The translations under genes were made by a program, and so were the position numbers. Below, one piece after another: positions 21,369-30,596 of a stretch of 64,000 nucleotides of DNA. The DNA is from an uncultured Nitrososphaerota archaeon. GTDB taxonomy: Archaea; Thermoproteota; Nitrososphaeria; Nitrososphaerales; Gagatemarchaeaceae. Location of the stretch: NCBI GenBank assembly GCA_963718895.1, contig CAVRAG010000004.1, forward strand, positions 224,001 to 288,000, in the 5' to 3' direction. A model generated the notes under the pieces. That model did no database searches, was not told the DNA's origin, and saw only the letters and a program-made list of their open reading frames with translations. Within the stretch, counting starts at the first letter, position 1. Every line of letters starts with the position of its first letter.

Positions 21369-21686
21369 ATGAAGCGAGCATCGAAGTTGGCTCTGGGACT
21401 GGCGGCCTTAGTGGTTGTCTTGGCTCTCTTCCTGCTTCCGATTATACCTATTCAGGTATCACCTACGGATACACCCTCGTGTGCGACTAAACCTCCCGTT
21501 GATGTGTATCCCTGCACCGTGTTCTTCGAGGGTTCGGCCCGAGCCTCAGTGATGTACGCTTATCTTGGTATGGGGACAGTCCAGATAGCAAACTCCAGCA
21601 GCTATGCATACTGTCTCGTGTACGGCAATCCCGGCACGATGTGTGGTCAGCCAGTGCAGAGAATGAATCAGATGACGGCTCCATGA
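21369..21686 (+). CDS. Small variable-loop membrane protein, family member 4
   Basis: MKRASKLALGL..PIIP-loop-ASVMYAYLGMG..YCLVYGNPGTMCG; motif at 21323 supports ATG 21369. Confidence 0.7.
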   Translation: MKRASKLALGLAALVVVLALFLLPIIPIQVSPTDTPSCATKPPVDVYPCTVFFEGSARASVMYAYLGMGTVQIANSSSYAYCLVYGNPGTMCGQPVQRMNQMTAP

Positions 21687-21910
21687 AACGAAAATCGGCA
21701 GTGGTGCTGACGATCGGGTTCACACTGATCTTCGTCACTCTTGTTCCCGCTGTCTACAACTCGAGCTATCAGCACGGCGTCATCGGCATAGGAATCGGCG
21801 GGAGTGTCTGCTTTGGCTCACCAGACCAGTTTCGTTCGATATCTCTAGTGGTCTTCGGTGGTGGCGCGGCCGTCCGCTGGGGGACCTACGTTCCTTTCAC
21901 TTTCTGTTAG
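21683..21910 (+). CDS. Small membrane protein, distant variable-loop family member
   Basis: MKR+TM+P, loop, SISLVVFGGG; ATGA overlap with the upstream gene. Confidence 0.55.
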   Translation: MKRKSAVVLTIGFTLIFVTLVPAVYNSSYQHGVIGIGIGGSVCFGSPDQFRSISLVVFGGGAAVRWGTYVPFTFC

Positions 21911-21955
21911 CCTTTATTCAGGACCGCATATCCGGGGCAATCTACGCGACCACGG

Positions 21956-22123
21956 TTAGCACGAGTTAGGCAGTTTCTTCTGGTATCGGGCCAGCGTTCC
22001 CAAGAGAACCTCTTCAACGTCGACGTCCATCTCGTTTGCCATGGACATTGACGAAAAGATGGCGTCTCCCAGCTCTGCCACGGTCTTGTCGCTCACGTTT
22101 TCGATTCCGCATTTTCCATAGTC
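21956..22123 (-). pseudogene. MazG-like NTP pyrophosphohydrolase 3' fragment, copy 1
   Basis: DYGK...ELGDAIFSSMSMANEMDVDVEEVLLGTLARYQKK. Confidence 0.6.
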
Positions 22124-22218
22124 AAACTGCGTTCACCTTCGGGAGTCCTGACCTTGCGGTCGGGGACGCCCGGCCCTACCTACTGTAGTGTAGAGTGGCC
22201 GTCTCGTTGTCTCCGAAC

Positions 22219-22710
22219 TTAAGGTGCAACACCGAGACAGGCTGTCGCGCTGCCATATGGCGCACTAGCGCTGTTCGATTGGGTTGCGGCTCCATAACTC
22301 ACCGAGACGGTCAACGTACCGTCGCTGGAGTCGAATTTGTTCGCCCAAGCGCATAGGTATGACTCTCCAGTTGGATTCCAGCTCGGAATGACGAATGTAG
22401 CGTTTCCACTAATACTAGGTATGCACTGATTCACTGTGAGAGTGCCAAGACCCTCCTTTAATGAGGAGAAGCCCTGTATCTTTGAACTCGACTGTCCAGC
22501 GTAATTGACTTGGACATAGAAGTTGCTCGCGCTTTGGTTTTGGGGCCCTGCGGATGCGGATGTTCCAAGTGTACAGGTTCCAATAGCAATGATTGTACCC
22601 GTAGTTGTACGAGATGTAAGTGCGATGACGGTTATTGCGCCGACTACAATGACTGTGAGCGCAATTGTGGCAATAACGACTTTTCCAATTGCCCGTCTTT
22701 GCGTTATCAC
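22219..22710 (-). CDS. Pilin-like secreted protein (class III-like signal peptide)
   Basis: MITQRRAIG plus hydrophobic helix; four Cys; promoter motif at 22741. Confidence 0.6.
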   Translation of the reverse strand: MITQRRAIGKVVIATIALTVIVVGAITVIALTSRTTTGTIIAIGTCTLGTSASAGPQNQSASNFYVQVNYAGQSSSKIQGFSSLKEGLGTLTVNQCIPSISGNATFVIPSWNPTGESYLCAWANKFDSSDGTLTVSVSYGAATQSNSASAPYGSATACLGVAP

Positions 22711-22898
22711 GTCAGAACGGTATTCAGAGTGGGCATTTCGTCATTAATACGTTTGTCCGAATGACGCTGATTGTACTGGGGTGCTTATGATGGCTGAAGG
22801 TAGATAGTCCTGTTGTTTAGGACGGCCATCTTGATGTGTGTTTGAGCTATGTGAGCATGACTCGATATGTCTCACTACAGTCCTTCAGGCATTGCTTC

Positions 22899-25149
22899 TT
22901 ACCTGTAGAATGGCACTCCTGCTCTCTCCATCGGGTTGCTCTCCCTGGAGGACCTCACCTTCTTCGCTGCCTCCTGGAAGTGCTCGTAGGTCACGATCGG
23001 TTCACTCAGGTGCTTCTTCGCGTCTTCGGGCTTCGGATACTTGGCGATGTATGCTTGAAGAACGATGGAGAGCGCCGTGTTCACAAGCGCGGCCAGAGTC
23101 TGCCCCATTGAAGCCCTCGGTCATCTCAACGAGACGGTCAACCCCCACGTCCTTTGAGATTGGCTTCCCCTTCAGCTGTATCTGCAATATGCCCTTCCTC
23201 GCCTCCTTGTCGGGCAGCGGGACGTTGACGATCTTGTCGAATCTGCCCGGCCTGAGTAGGGCCGGGTCTACCATGTCAATCCTGTTCGTGGCTGCGAGCA
23301 CCACAACACCCTGTAGCGCCTGGATACCGTCCAGTTCCGTGAGCAGCTGACTGACCACCCTCTCGGTCACATTGCTGTCTCCCCCCATTCCCCTCACTGG
23401 AGCGAGAGCGTCTATCTCGTCGAAGAAGATTATGCATGGAGACGCTTGTCTTGCTCGTTTGAAGACCTCTCGCACACCCCTTTCCGATTCACCCACCCAC
23501 TTGCTGAGCAGCTCGGGTCCCCTGACGCTGATGAAGTTCGCCTCACTCTCGGTCGCAACCGCCTTGGCCAAGAGCGTCTTTCCAGTCCCGGATGGACCGA
23601 ATAGAAGGACCCCCTTCGGCATGCTGTAGCCTATCGCCTTGTACAGGTCAGAGAACTTGAGCGGCCACTCCACAGCCTCCTGAAGTTCCCTCTTTACGTC
23701 CTCCAACCCTCCAATCTCGGACCACTTCACGTCGGGCGTTTCGAGATACACCTCTCTCATTGCCGATGGCACGATTTCTTTCAGCGCGTTCTCGAAGTCG
23801 CCCCCCGTGACAATCAGTTTGTCGAGCAACTCAGGGCTCAGCCGTTCTTCCTGGAGGTTCAGCTCTGGCAGCATCCTCCTGAGGGTCTTCATGGCGGCCT
23901 CTTTGCAGAGATACTCGAGGTCGGCCCCGACGAACCCGTGCGACACTGAGGCGAGCCTCTCCAGGTCGACGTCCTGCAGCAGTGGCATGTGACGAGTGTG
24001 GATCTGCAGTATCTCGTACCTCCCCTTCTTGTCTGGGACCTTGATCTCGATCTCTCGGTCAAACCTGCCTGGTCTTCGGAGGGCTGGGTCCAGCGCGTTG
24101 GGCCGATTGGTGGCTGCTATCACTATGACCTTGCCCCTGGCCTCGAGGCCGTCCATCAAGGAGAGCAACTGGCTGACGACCCTCCTCTCGACTTCACCGG
24201 TCACCTCCTCCCGCTTCGGAGCTATCGAGTCGATCTCGTCGATGAAGACGATGGTAGGCGCCTTCTCCTTTGCCTCCTTGAATATCTCCCTGAGCCTCGC
24301 CTCCGACTCGCCGTAGAACTTGCTCATGATCTCCGGGCCACCTATCGGGATGAAGTGAGCGTTGCTCTCAGTGGATACAGCCTTCGCCAGGAGCGTCTTG
24401 CCGGTTCCCGGAGGGCCGTAGAGGAGGACTCCCTTCGGTGCTTCGACGCCCAACTTCTCGAAAATCTCCGGATGTCTGAGAGGGAGCTCGATCATCTCCC
24501 TTACTTTCTGAATCTCGTCTTTTATGCCACCGATATCTTCGTAGGTTACCTCCGGTACTCCCCTTAGAACCGCGCCCTTCTCAGAAATGACGAAGACCGT
24601 CCTCTGGGTTATCAGCGCCGCTTCTGCTGCGGGACTTATCTCAGTAACCTGAAAAGTGAGCCTACCTCCGAAGTACGGTATCATGACGTTATCCCCCTTC
24701 GTCACCGGAATCCCGTCGAGGGCATCCGCCAGGTATCTTTCGTCGATGGGCGGTGTAGCCACGAGCGGAGCGACCACGACCTTCTCAGCCGGCAGGGCCT
24801 TGACCTTCTTTACGACAACCGTGTCACCGATGGCGACGCCAGCGTTGTTCCTGATGATACCGTCGGTCCTCATTATTCCTCTGCCCTCGTCTGAGGGGTA
24901 GAGGGGGAGGCACCTCGCGACCGTCCGTCTCTTTCCGTTGACCTCGATCACGTCTCCCGTGGACGCGTCCAAACCATCCATCGCGTGATAGTCCAGCCTG
25001 GCCACACCTCGACCCACATCGCGAGTGTATGCCTCCAGAACCTTAAGCTGGACTGGCTGCTGGCTCACTCGTTTGTCACTGGTGGACAATCTTGACGTTC
25101 CTTTGCTATCAATGAGTCTTCCCATGAGATAGGTGTTGCTATCATGCAC
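22899..25149 (-). CDS. cdc48: CDC48/VCP-family AAA ATPase (frameshift near 23097; start probably near 25067)
   Basis: N-domain RDVGRG, two Walker A motifs ([16 protein letters not shown]), Walker [21 protein letters not shown]; C-terminus continues in ORF 22899..23108. Confidence 0.95.
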
Positions 25150-25445
25150 TTAGGAATACAAGTTTAGATGGCATCTTTCGTGAGTGCTAACTTGAAGAGC
25201 TCTCTAACTCAGTACTAAGCTTTCGGCTGATGCTTGAACGTCTTTAGATATTCGGCCGGGTCAACGGATTCTGGGTTGACTCCAGCATGCCCTACTCTTC
25301 AGCCAAGTTCAGCTCGATTTGCTGACTCATGTCGCTTCTTCCAGCTAACAAAAGCAGGAGGCGGATCATGCTCTCAACCCCAGGATGTCGTTGCGCTCGC
25401 TGAGGAGCGCGTAAAGCGGTTGCAGGTTGAGTAGCCGGGGCCGCC

Positions 25446-25502
25446 TTATTTGGTTGCTTTTTTCTTGACAGCCTTCTTCTTGACCGTCTTCGACTTTGCC
25501 AT
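25446..25502 (-). CDS. Candidate 18-aa lysine-rich microprotein MAKSKTVKKKAVKKKATK
   Basis: ATG..TAA ORF with 9 Lys; TATA-like AATTTAAG about 25 nt upstream. Confidence 0.4.
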   Translation of the reverse strand: MAKSKTVKKKAVKKKATK

Positions 25503-25631
25503 CTAGCTGAAGGTCCGTGGCGTTGCTTAAATTGTTTGCAGCCCGCACGCGCGGGCCAGAGCCTCCGGCCTGCCCTTCCCGCGTTTGAGTCGCCGCGAGA
25601 AGGCGAGCGAATGCGTTCTCTATCTTATCCC

Positions 25632-28133
25632 CTAGGACGTGACTATCACGAAGGTGTCGCCACTGGAGCTCGGTGCCGGACTGAAGCCCGCTGTTGTGGC
25701 CGTGGTAGCTGTGTTGGCGGTGATGAGTTGTGCCTCACCTGCTGCAGGACCTGAAGTGTATAGCAGGTAATAGCCGATCCACTCGTTTGTGGTCCAGGAG
25801 GCGCTCGTGTCATTGAGCAGCACGTTCGTGGTCCCAGCCGTGGTGGTCCCGAAGAAGGTGCTGGCGTGTTCGACACAGAAGGTCAAGGGTATGTTTTCGT
25901 AGTCCCGGTCGTCGAGCCCGGTCGTGAGTCCGGGTCTCGTCGAGAGCGTCACCATGTAGGAGCAGGAGTACCATGTGGTCGTGTCCTCAGTGATTGTTCC
26001 GAAACCGCCCCGAGGGGTGGCCCATGGGGCTATTCCCGTGCCCGCGATAGTCCCCGGTGCGGATGTGCTGCAACTGGTGATTGCCAGACTCCAATTCCCG
26101 GCGGCCATCAGTTCATGGTCGACGGTGAATTCTACGCCGAGGGAATCGTCGATTGGGGTGCAACAACCGCTTGAGAACTCGACGAGGTTTAGCTGGTTGA
26201 CCTCGTTCCAGTTGTTCAAGTGGAGTTGGGTGGGGGCCTGGGAGGTATCCGCAGTGGTGCCTGGTGGGAATGTCGTTACCCGGGTGGCTTCGAACGTTAT
26301 CAACGCGTCTATCCCATCTTTCTGCTGGGCCGCAGGTACGGGGTTCCCGGCCCCAGGCAGGGGAGGGGTGCCTCCGATGATAACCTGGGTTGTGTCGAAG
26401 CCAAGGAGATTCGTAAATGAGGAACCAGACAGGAAACTCGGGTCAAAGGTGACCCAGCCGTCGGCGTCCGGCACCAGGTAGTGCGTATTCGGCCAGTACC
26501 ACGGATTACCCACCGTTGGTGGAGGCACATCCGCCACAAGCGTCGGCCCGATGGCCACGGTTTGGGGGGTAGAAGCAGAGCCGGCGGTCGTTATCCAGGC
26601 CGCGTCGTGGGTGGGCCAGGCGATCTCTCGGGTATCCTCTATCTGCCAAAGCAGCGTGCTGGTGATTGGCGCAAGGGTGGAGAGCGCGGCTCCTGCAGCT
26701 GCCGTTCGTGCCACCGTGCCGTTCACGCCGCGGGTCACCGTCAACGTGGTTCCCGCGTAGTTGGTCACAGTCATGATCTCGCCTGTGCTGATGACCACCA
26801 CATTGAACGGAGTGCCCGGAAGGCCGGCGACCGGAAGACCTGCGACGCTCGCCAGGGTGATAGAGGTCGCAAGGGAGGAGATGGCAGCGGTCAGGGTTGT
26901 TTCAGTGGTGAGCGAGGTCGATGTGGAGGCGCCAAAGAGGAAGCGATACTTCATCAGCGTGCCCGGGGTGACCGGGGAGTATGCCGGACAGAGCCCGCTC
27001 AGTTGCAGTTGTCCGGTGAACGCAAAGTTCGGGCCGCCCCCGTAGGACAGACCAGGGAAGGCGGTACACGTAGTCAGACCCGTTGCGGGAGTGCCAGAGT
27101 TGGGCTGGCTATTGACGTCCGTGAAGATGCTGAGGAAGCCCACCTGGGTGAACCACGGGACGAGGGCGCTGGGGGTGGGATGGCAGATGACTATGCACCA
27201 GCGCGAGCATATCTCGTAGCAGAACCAGTGACAGAGCTGGAGACAGTACCTCTCCGCCTTGTATTCCGTCACCAAGGCTGCGAAGGACTTTGAGTCTCCG
27301 GATTGTAGGGCCGACAGAAGGCGGGGGAATGCATCCTTATTCTCAGCGAGCTGCGCTGAGAACAGCGCGAACTCGCGCATCTCCTCGATTGGATCCTTTA
27401 TCTCAGGAATGGGGAAGGACTGACAGAGGGGAAGGCAGATCCACACGCAGCGCCAGCTGCAGAACCATTCGCAGATCAGATAACAGTCAACGAAGCCGCC
27501 GACGATGTCACTTAGTGAGTCGACGTCAGACGCTACGGCCGCCGCAATCGCGCTCCGAAGTGTCACGCTCTTCTTGGCCAGCTGCCCGACGGCCGCCCCC
27601 ACGCGAGCTAGTTCGGCAACGACCTGGTCCGTCTGCACGTCCTCTTCACCGCAAACAACTTCGCAAATGAGCCGGTAGCGAATTGCGGAGACCCAGTGGC
27701 AGAGCAGGTGACAGTATTGTTCAGCCCCGAGTTCGGCCACGACCGTCTTGAACGCCACCGAATCTCTGTCCTGCACAGCGTCGACCAAGCGCCTGATCAG
27801 AAACTCGTCCTGGCTGAGATTTGACACGACGTCTGCAAAGCCGACGACCTGTTCGACCGTCACGGGTTGTCGGGGTGGCGGTCCGCAGACAAGCAAGCAT
27901 TCAAGCACGCTCTCCTTGCTCCGCAACCACGAGCAGATCACATCACAGTCATCGTCGACCCTTAGGTCTGCCAACAGGTGCTGGAACAGCTTGCTGTCCC
28001 CGGCCTCGAAGGCATCAACGACGGAACGAAATACGACGGGGTTTCTCGCGACTATGCCGATGACTTTGCTCGCACGGGAAAAACGGTCAGGAACTCGAGT
28101 TTCAGCAGTAGGAGTCTTGCTTGGAGAGGACAC
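25632..28133 (-). CDS. 833-aa hypothetical protein with four Cys/Trp-rich helical repeats and a Thr-rich beta C-terminus
   Basis: CxxxCxW-x8-9-CxxxC motif repeated four times at about 70-aa spacing. Confidence 0.75.
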   Translation of the reverse strand: MSSPSKTPTAETRVPDRFSRASKVIGIVARNPVVFRSVVDAFEAGDSKLFQHLLADLRVDDDCDVICSWLRSKESVLECLLVCGPPPRQPVTVEQVVGFADVVSNLSQDEFLIRRLVDAVQDRDSVAFKTVVAELGAEQYCHLLCHWVSAIRYRLICEVVCGEEDVQTDQVVAELARVGAAVGQLAKKSVTLRSAIAAAVASDVDSLSDIVGGFVDCYLICEWFCSWRCVWICLPLCQSFPIPEIKDPIEEMREFALFSAQLAENKDAFPRLLSALQSGDSKSFAALVTEYKAERYCLQLCHWFCYEICSRWCIVICHPTPSALVPWFTQVGFLSIFTDVNSQPNSGTPATGLTTCTAFPGLSYGGGPNFAFTGQLQLSGLCPAYSPVTPGTLMKYRFLFGASTSTSLTTETTLTAAISSLATSITLASVAGLPVAGLPGTPFNVVVISTGEIMTVTNYAGTTLTVTRGVNGTVARTAAAGAALSTLAPITSTLLWQIEDTREIAWPTHDAAWITTAGSASTPQTVAIGPTLVADVPPPTVGNPWYWPNTHYLVPDADGWVTFDPSFLSGSSFTNLLGFDTTQVIIGGTPPLPGAGNPVPAAQQKDGIDALITFEATRVTTFPPGTTADTSQAPTQLHLNNWNEVNQLNLVEFSSGCCTPIDDSLGVEFTVDHELMAAGNWSLAITSCSTSAPGTIAGTGIAPWATPRGGFGTITEDTTTWYSCSYMVTLSTRPGLTTGLDDRDYENIPLTFCVEHASTFFGTTTAGTTNVLLNDTSASWTTNEWIGYYLLYTSGPAAGEAQLITANTATTATTAGFSPAPSSSGDTFVIVTS

Positions 28134-28294
28134 AAAATATCAATTTTTAGAAGACGAATGAAGTATAAAGGTCTTTAATAATGTAAAATATTACATTTCG
28201 ATTACTTTTCCCGAGGATTCGACTCATTATGAAGTTCGGGGGAGGAGATCCCATCCACTTTCCAGCGTATCCGAGGCAGTCAAAGTGAGCGCGG

Positions 28295-28602
28295 TTAGCG
28301 CGAGGCAGGCAGCTTCTTCCGGTATCGGACCAGTGTTGCCAAGAGAACCTCCTCAACGTCGACATCCATCTCGTTCGCCATTGACAACAACGAAAAGACG
28401 GCATCTCCAAGTTCTGGCGAATGTATTCCCGTATCGCCTTCTTGCCGGCCATGGCGGGCTGATCTGGCGGCAGGACGACTGCGTCATCCGCCCAGAAGGA
28501 TACGATCAGGTCTACGTCCCCGGTGGCGGTGGCCCACGCCCAGTCTCGGCTCACTTGCATGAGGGATGCGCGCTCGGCTTCGGAGGAATCCTTGATGTCC
28601 AC
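28295..28602 (-). pseudogene. Truncated SnoaL/DUF4440-like gene joined to MazG-like 3' fragment copy 2
   Basis: GDVDLIVSFWADDAVVLPPDQP..GKKAIR breaks at about 28415; another frame gives ELGDAVFSLLSMANEMDVDVEEVLLATLVRYRKK. Confidence 0.65.
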
Positions 28603-28759
28603 GCGGGACTCTAGAAAGCCAACCAGCTTAAAGACATGCAGAACCCTACTAATCGGAGCGAGGGAGCTACGCTACTTTCACTGACTGTTAGCTTTCATTC
28701 AGGACCGCATGTCCGGAGCAGTCGACGCGACCCGCGGGCCAATTCCAAGCGCCGTGCGG

Positions 28760-29275
28760 TCACATCTGGCGACTCTGCGGGAGAGACCTCCTTCTCAATG
28801 GGAACTCTTCAGTCGGCCAAATGTCCGGCGGTCTGAAGCAACCGCGATGATAGCCCCTGGGACTGAAGAAGTCCAACGCCCTTTCAGCCTCCCTTAGTTT
28901 CTCGCCCATGAGGAAGGGATGCACTTCTTGCACGATTCTTAGGGCTCTCAGACCAACAGCTCTCTTGACCCACACCGGCTGGAAGACGTGGTCGTCTTTC
29001 GGTCTAGAGGGTCTCGACATCCCGACAAGGGCGCAGAACTTGAAGATTGGGTCGGGATCGGTCATTCCGAATGCGAGCTGAATGGCCGTACTGTCCATGG
29101 ACTTCACGTAGTGGCTTTCTATGCAGCCTTCTCCCTGAATCAACCCTCCCACCCAGGATCTTCCCTCGGCTGATGTGATGACGACTCCGGGGACGATTCG
29201 CTGACGCGGTGATACTATGTCCACTCGCAATGACCTCCCTGATGTCCCCTTCATCGCAATTCTGTCCATCTTCAC
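28760..29275 (-). CDS. Single-motif LAGLIDADG endonuclease-like protein B
   Basis: SWVGGLIQGEGCI motif, MTDPDPI, VHPFLMGEK; paralog of the upstream gene. Confidence 0.7.
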   Translation of the reverse strand: MKMDRIAMKGTSGRSLRVDIVSPRQRIVPGVVITSAEGRSWVGGLIQGEGCIESHYVKSMDSTAIQLAFGMTDPDPIFKFCALVGMSRPSRPKDDHVFQPVWVKRAVGLRALRIVQEVHPFLMGEKLREAERALDFFSPRGYHRGCFRPPDIWPTEEFPLRRRSLPQSRQM

Positions 29276-29856
29276 ACCCCCCGTTTCGACCCGCGATGTT
29301 TCGTTCTTTGCGGGAAATCTTTCGGGGTCCAGATGTCACCGTTCCTGAAACATCCGCGATGGGAACCCTCGGGCTCAAAGAAACTCAGCGCTCTTTCAGC
29401 TTCCCTCCGCTTCGTGCCGACGAGAAATGGTAGGATCTCGTGCAGGACACGAAGGGCTCTCAGGACAGCGATGTTCTTGTGCCATAACGGCTTCCACTGG
29501 TGATTCTTGACTGGCTTCGTGGGTGGCTCAAGTCCAACATACTCTGACAGTCGGAAGATAGGGGCGGAATCCACCATTGACACGTGAAGAGCCAGGTAAG
29601 TTGTATTACTCTTCTTGAGGTAACCGCTCTGAATACAACCTTCTCCCTGGATTATTGAGGCGACCCAGGATCTTCTCTCCTCCGTAGGGATGACAACATC
29701 AGGAATGTCCTTTCGCATAACTACAGCCAAGTTCGGTCGCCGGTGCCATTCCTCAGGCGCCTTGATTCCCAGCTTTCGCATGTGACACCACACAGTCGTC
29801 GCTTGGCTGTATCCCATCCTCTTGGCTGCTTCAGTCCGGGTCTTGCTAGTCTTCAC
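29272..29856 (-). CDS. HTH plus single-motif LAGLIDADG endonuclease-like protein A
   Basis: N-terminal TRTEAAKRMGYS..TVWCHMRKLGI HTH; SWVASIIQGEGCI; ILPFLVGTK. Confidence 0.7.
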   Translation of the reverse strand: MKTSKTRTEAAKRMGYSQATTVWCHMRKLGIKAPEEWHRRPNLAVVMRKDIPDVVIPTEERRSWVASIIQGEGCIQSGYLKKSNTTYLALHVSMVDSAPIFRLSEYVGLEPPTKPVKNHQWKPLWHKNIAVLRALRVLHEILPFLVGTKRREAERALSFFEPEGSHRGCFRNGDIWTPKDFPQRTKHRGSKRGV

Positions 29857-30018
29857 TACCTCCTCGAAATACGCCGGAAACTCTGGACTTTCGAAGGGCG
29901 GTCTTGTTCCATAGGGAAACTTGTCCCAATTCTTACCTGCTTGCTGATCTGTGAGTCCGTGCTCGTTCTATCATTAACTTCCTCCGTCCTCTTATCCACC
30001 ACTGCATCATCGGTCATC

Positions 30019-30450
30019 TCAGACGCCTCCCAGCTCCCTGACCACGGACCCGAACTCCTCCATCGAGTAGGCCATGAAATCGGCGTCCTCCATGACCGCC
30101 CCGACGACGCTCCGGAGGGACTCCATGTCCACCTGCGGGAACTCGGCCAGCCCTAGGCACCTCACCCCCGGACGTACCGCCTTCAGCCTCCTGAACTTCA
30201 GGTTGACGTAGAGCGCGTTCCTCTCCGCCCAGCCCAAGGCAACCCCCCTCCGGCTCTCGCTCCTCCAGCACTCGATTACCGCGTCGAGCTTGGGTAGGAA
30301 GAAGTCAGGGACCATCAGCCGGGCGCCGACCTGGAATGTCACGTGCACCGAATACTCAAGGCGGAGGCCTTGGAGAAGGTCCCTCACTTCCTCTTCCTGC
30401 ATAGTCATCGGCGCACGGGCGTGCACCTTGCTCATCCATTTTGCAGACAT
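30019..30450 (-). CDS. PD-(D/E)xK (Vsr/DUF559-like) nuclease
   Basis: QEEEVRDLL..LEY..F..VPDFFLPKLDAVIECW. Confidence 0.65.
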   Translation of the reverse strand: MSAKWMSKVHARAPMTMQEEEVRDLLQGLRLEYSVHVTFQVGARLMVPDFFLPKLDAVIECWRSESRRGVALGWAERNALYVNLKFRRLKAVRPGVRCLGLAEFPQVDMESLRSVVGAVMEDADFMAYSMEEFGSVVRELGGV

Positions 30451-30481
30451 CTCTATCGCAAATAGATGGTAATGGGCTTAT

Positions 30482-30568
30482 TAAACACCACAAGGGATTT
30501 ATCTTGCGATTCTAAAGTAATAGAGTCTATTTTGGGCTAATCAGTCCCCATATCCGGCGTGGTGTTTA
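30482..30568. promoter_or_regulatory. Divergent promoters sharing an identical GTGGTGTTTA element (10-bp inverted repeat)
   Basis: TAAACACCAC 30482-30491 and GTGGTGTTTA 30559-30568, each about 30 nt upstream of a start codon. Confidence 0.7.
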
Positions 30569-30596
30569 TTGCCGAATCCGGCCTGTACACCCTGAG

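Noticed and set aside
23002-23108. Programmed frameshift in cdc48
   Set aside because: No slippery sequence; it fits the window-wide pattern of single-base indels.
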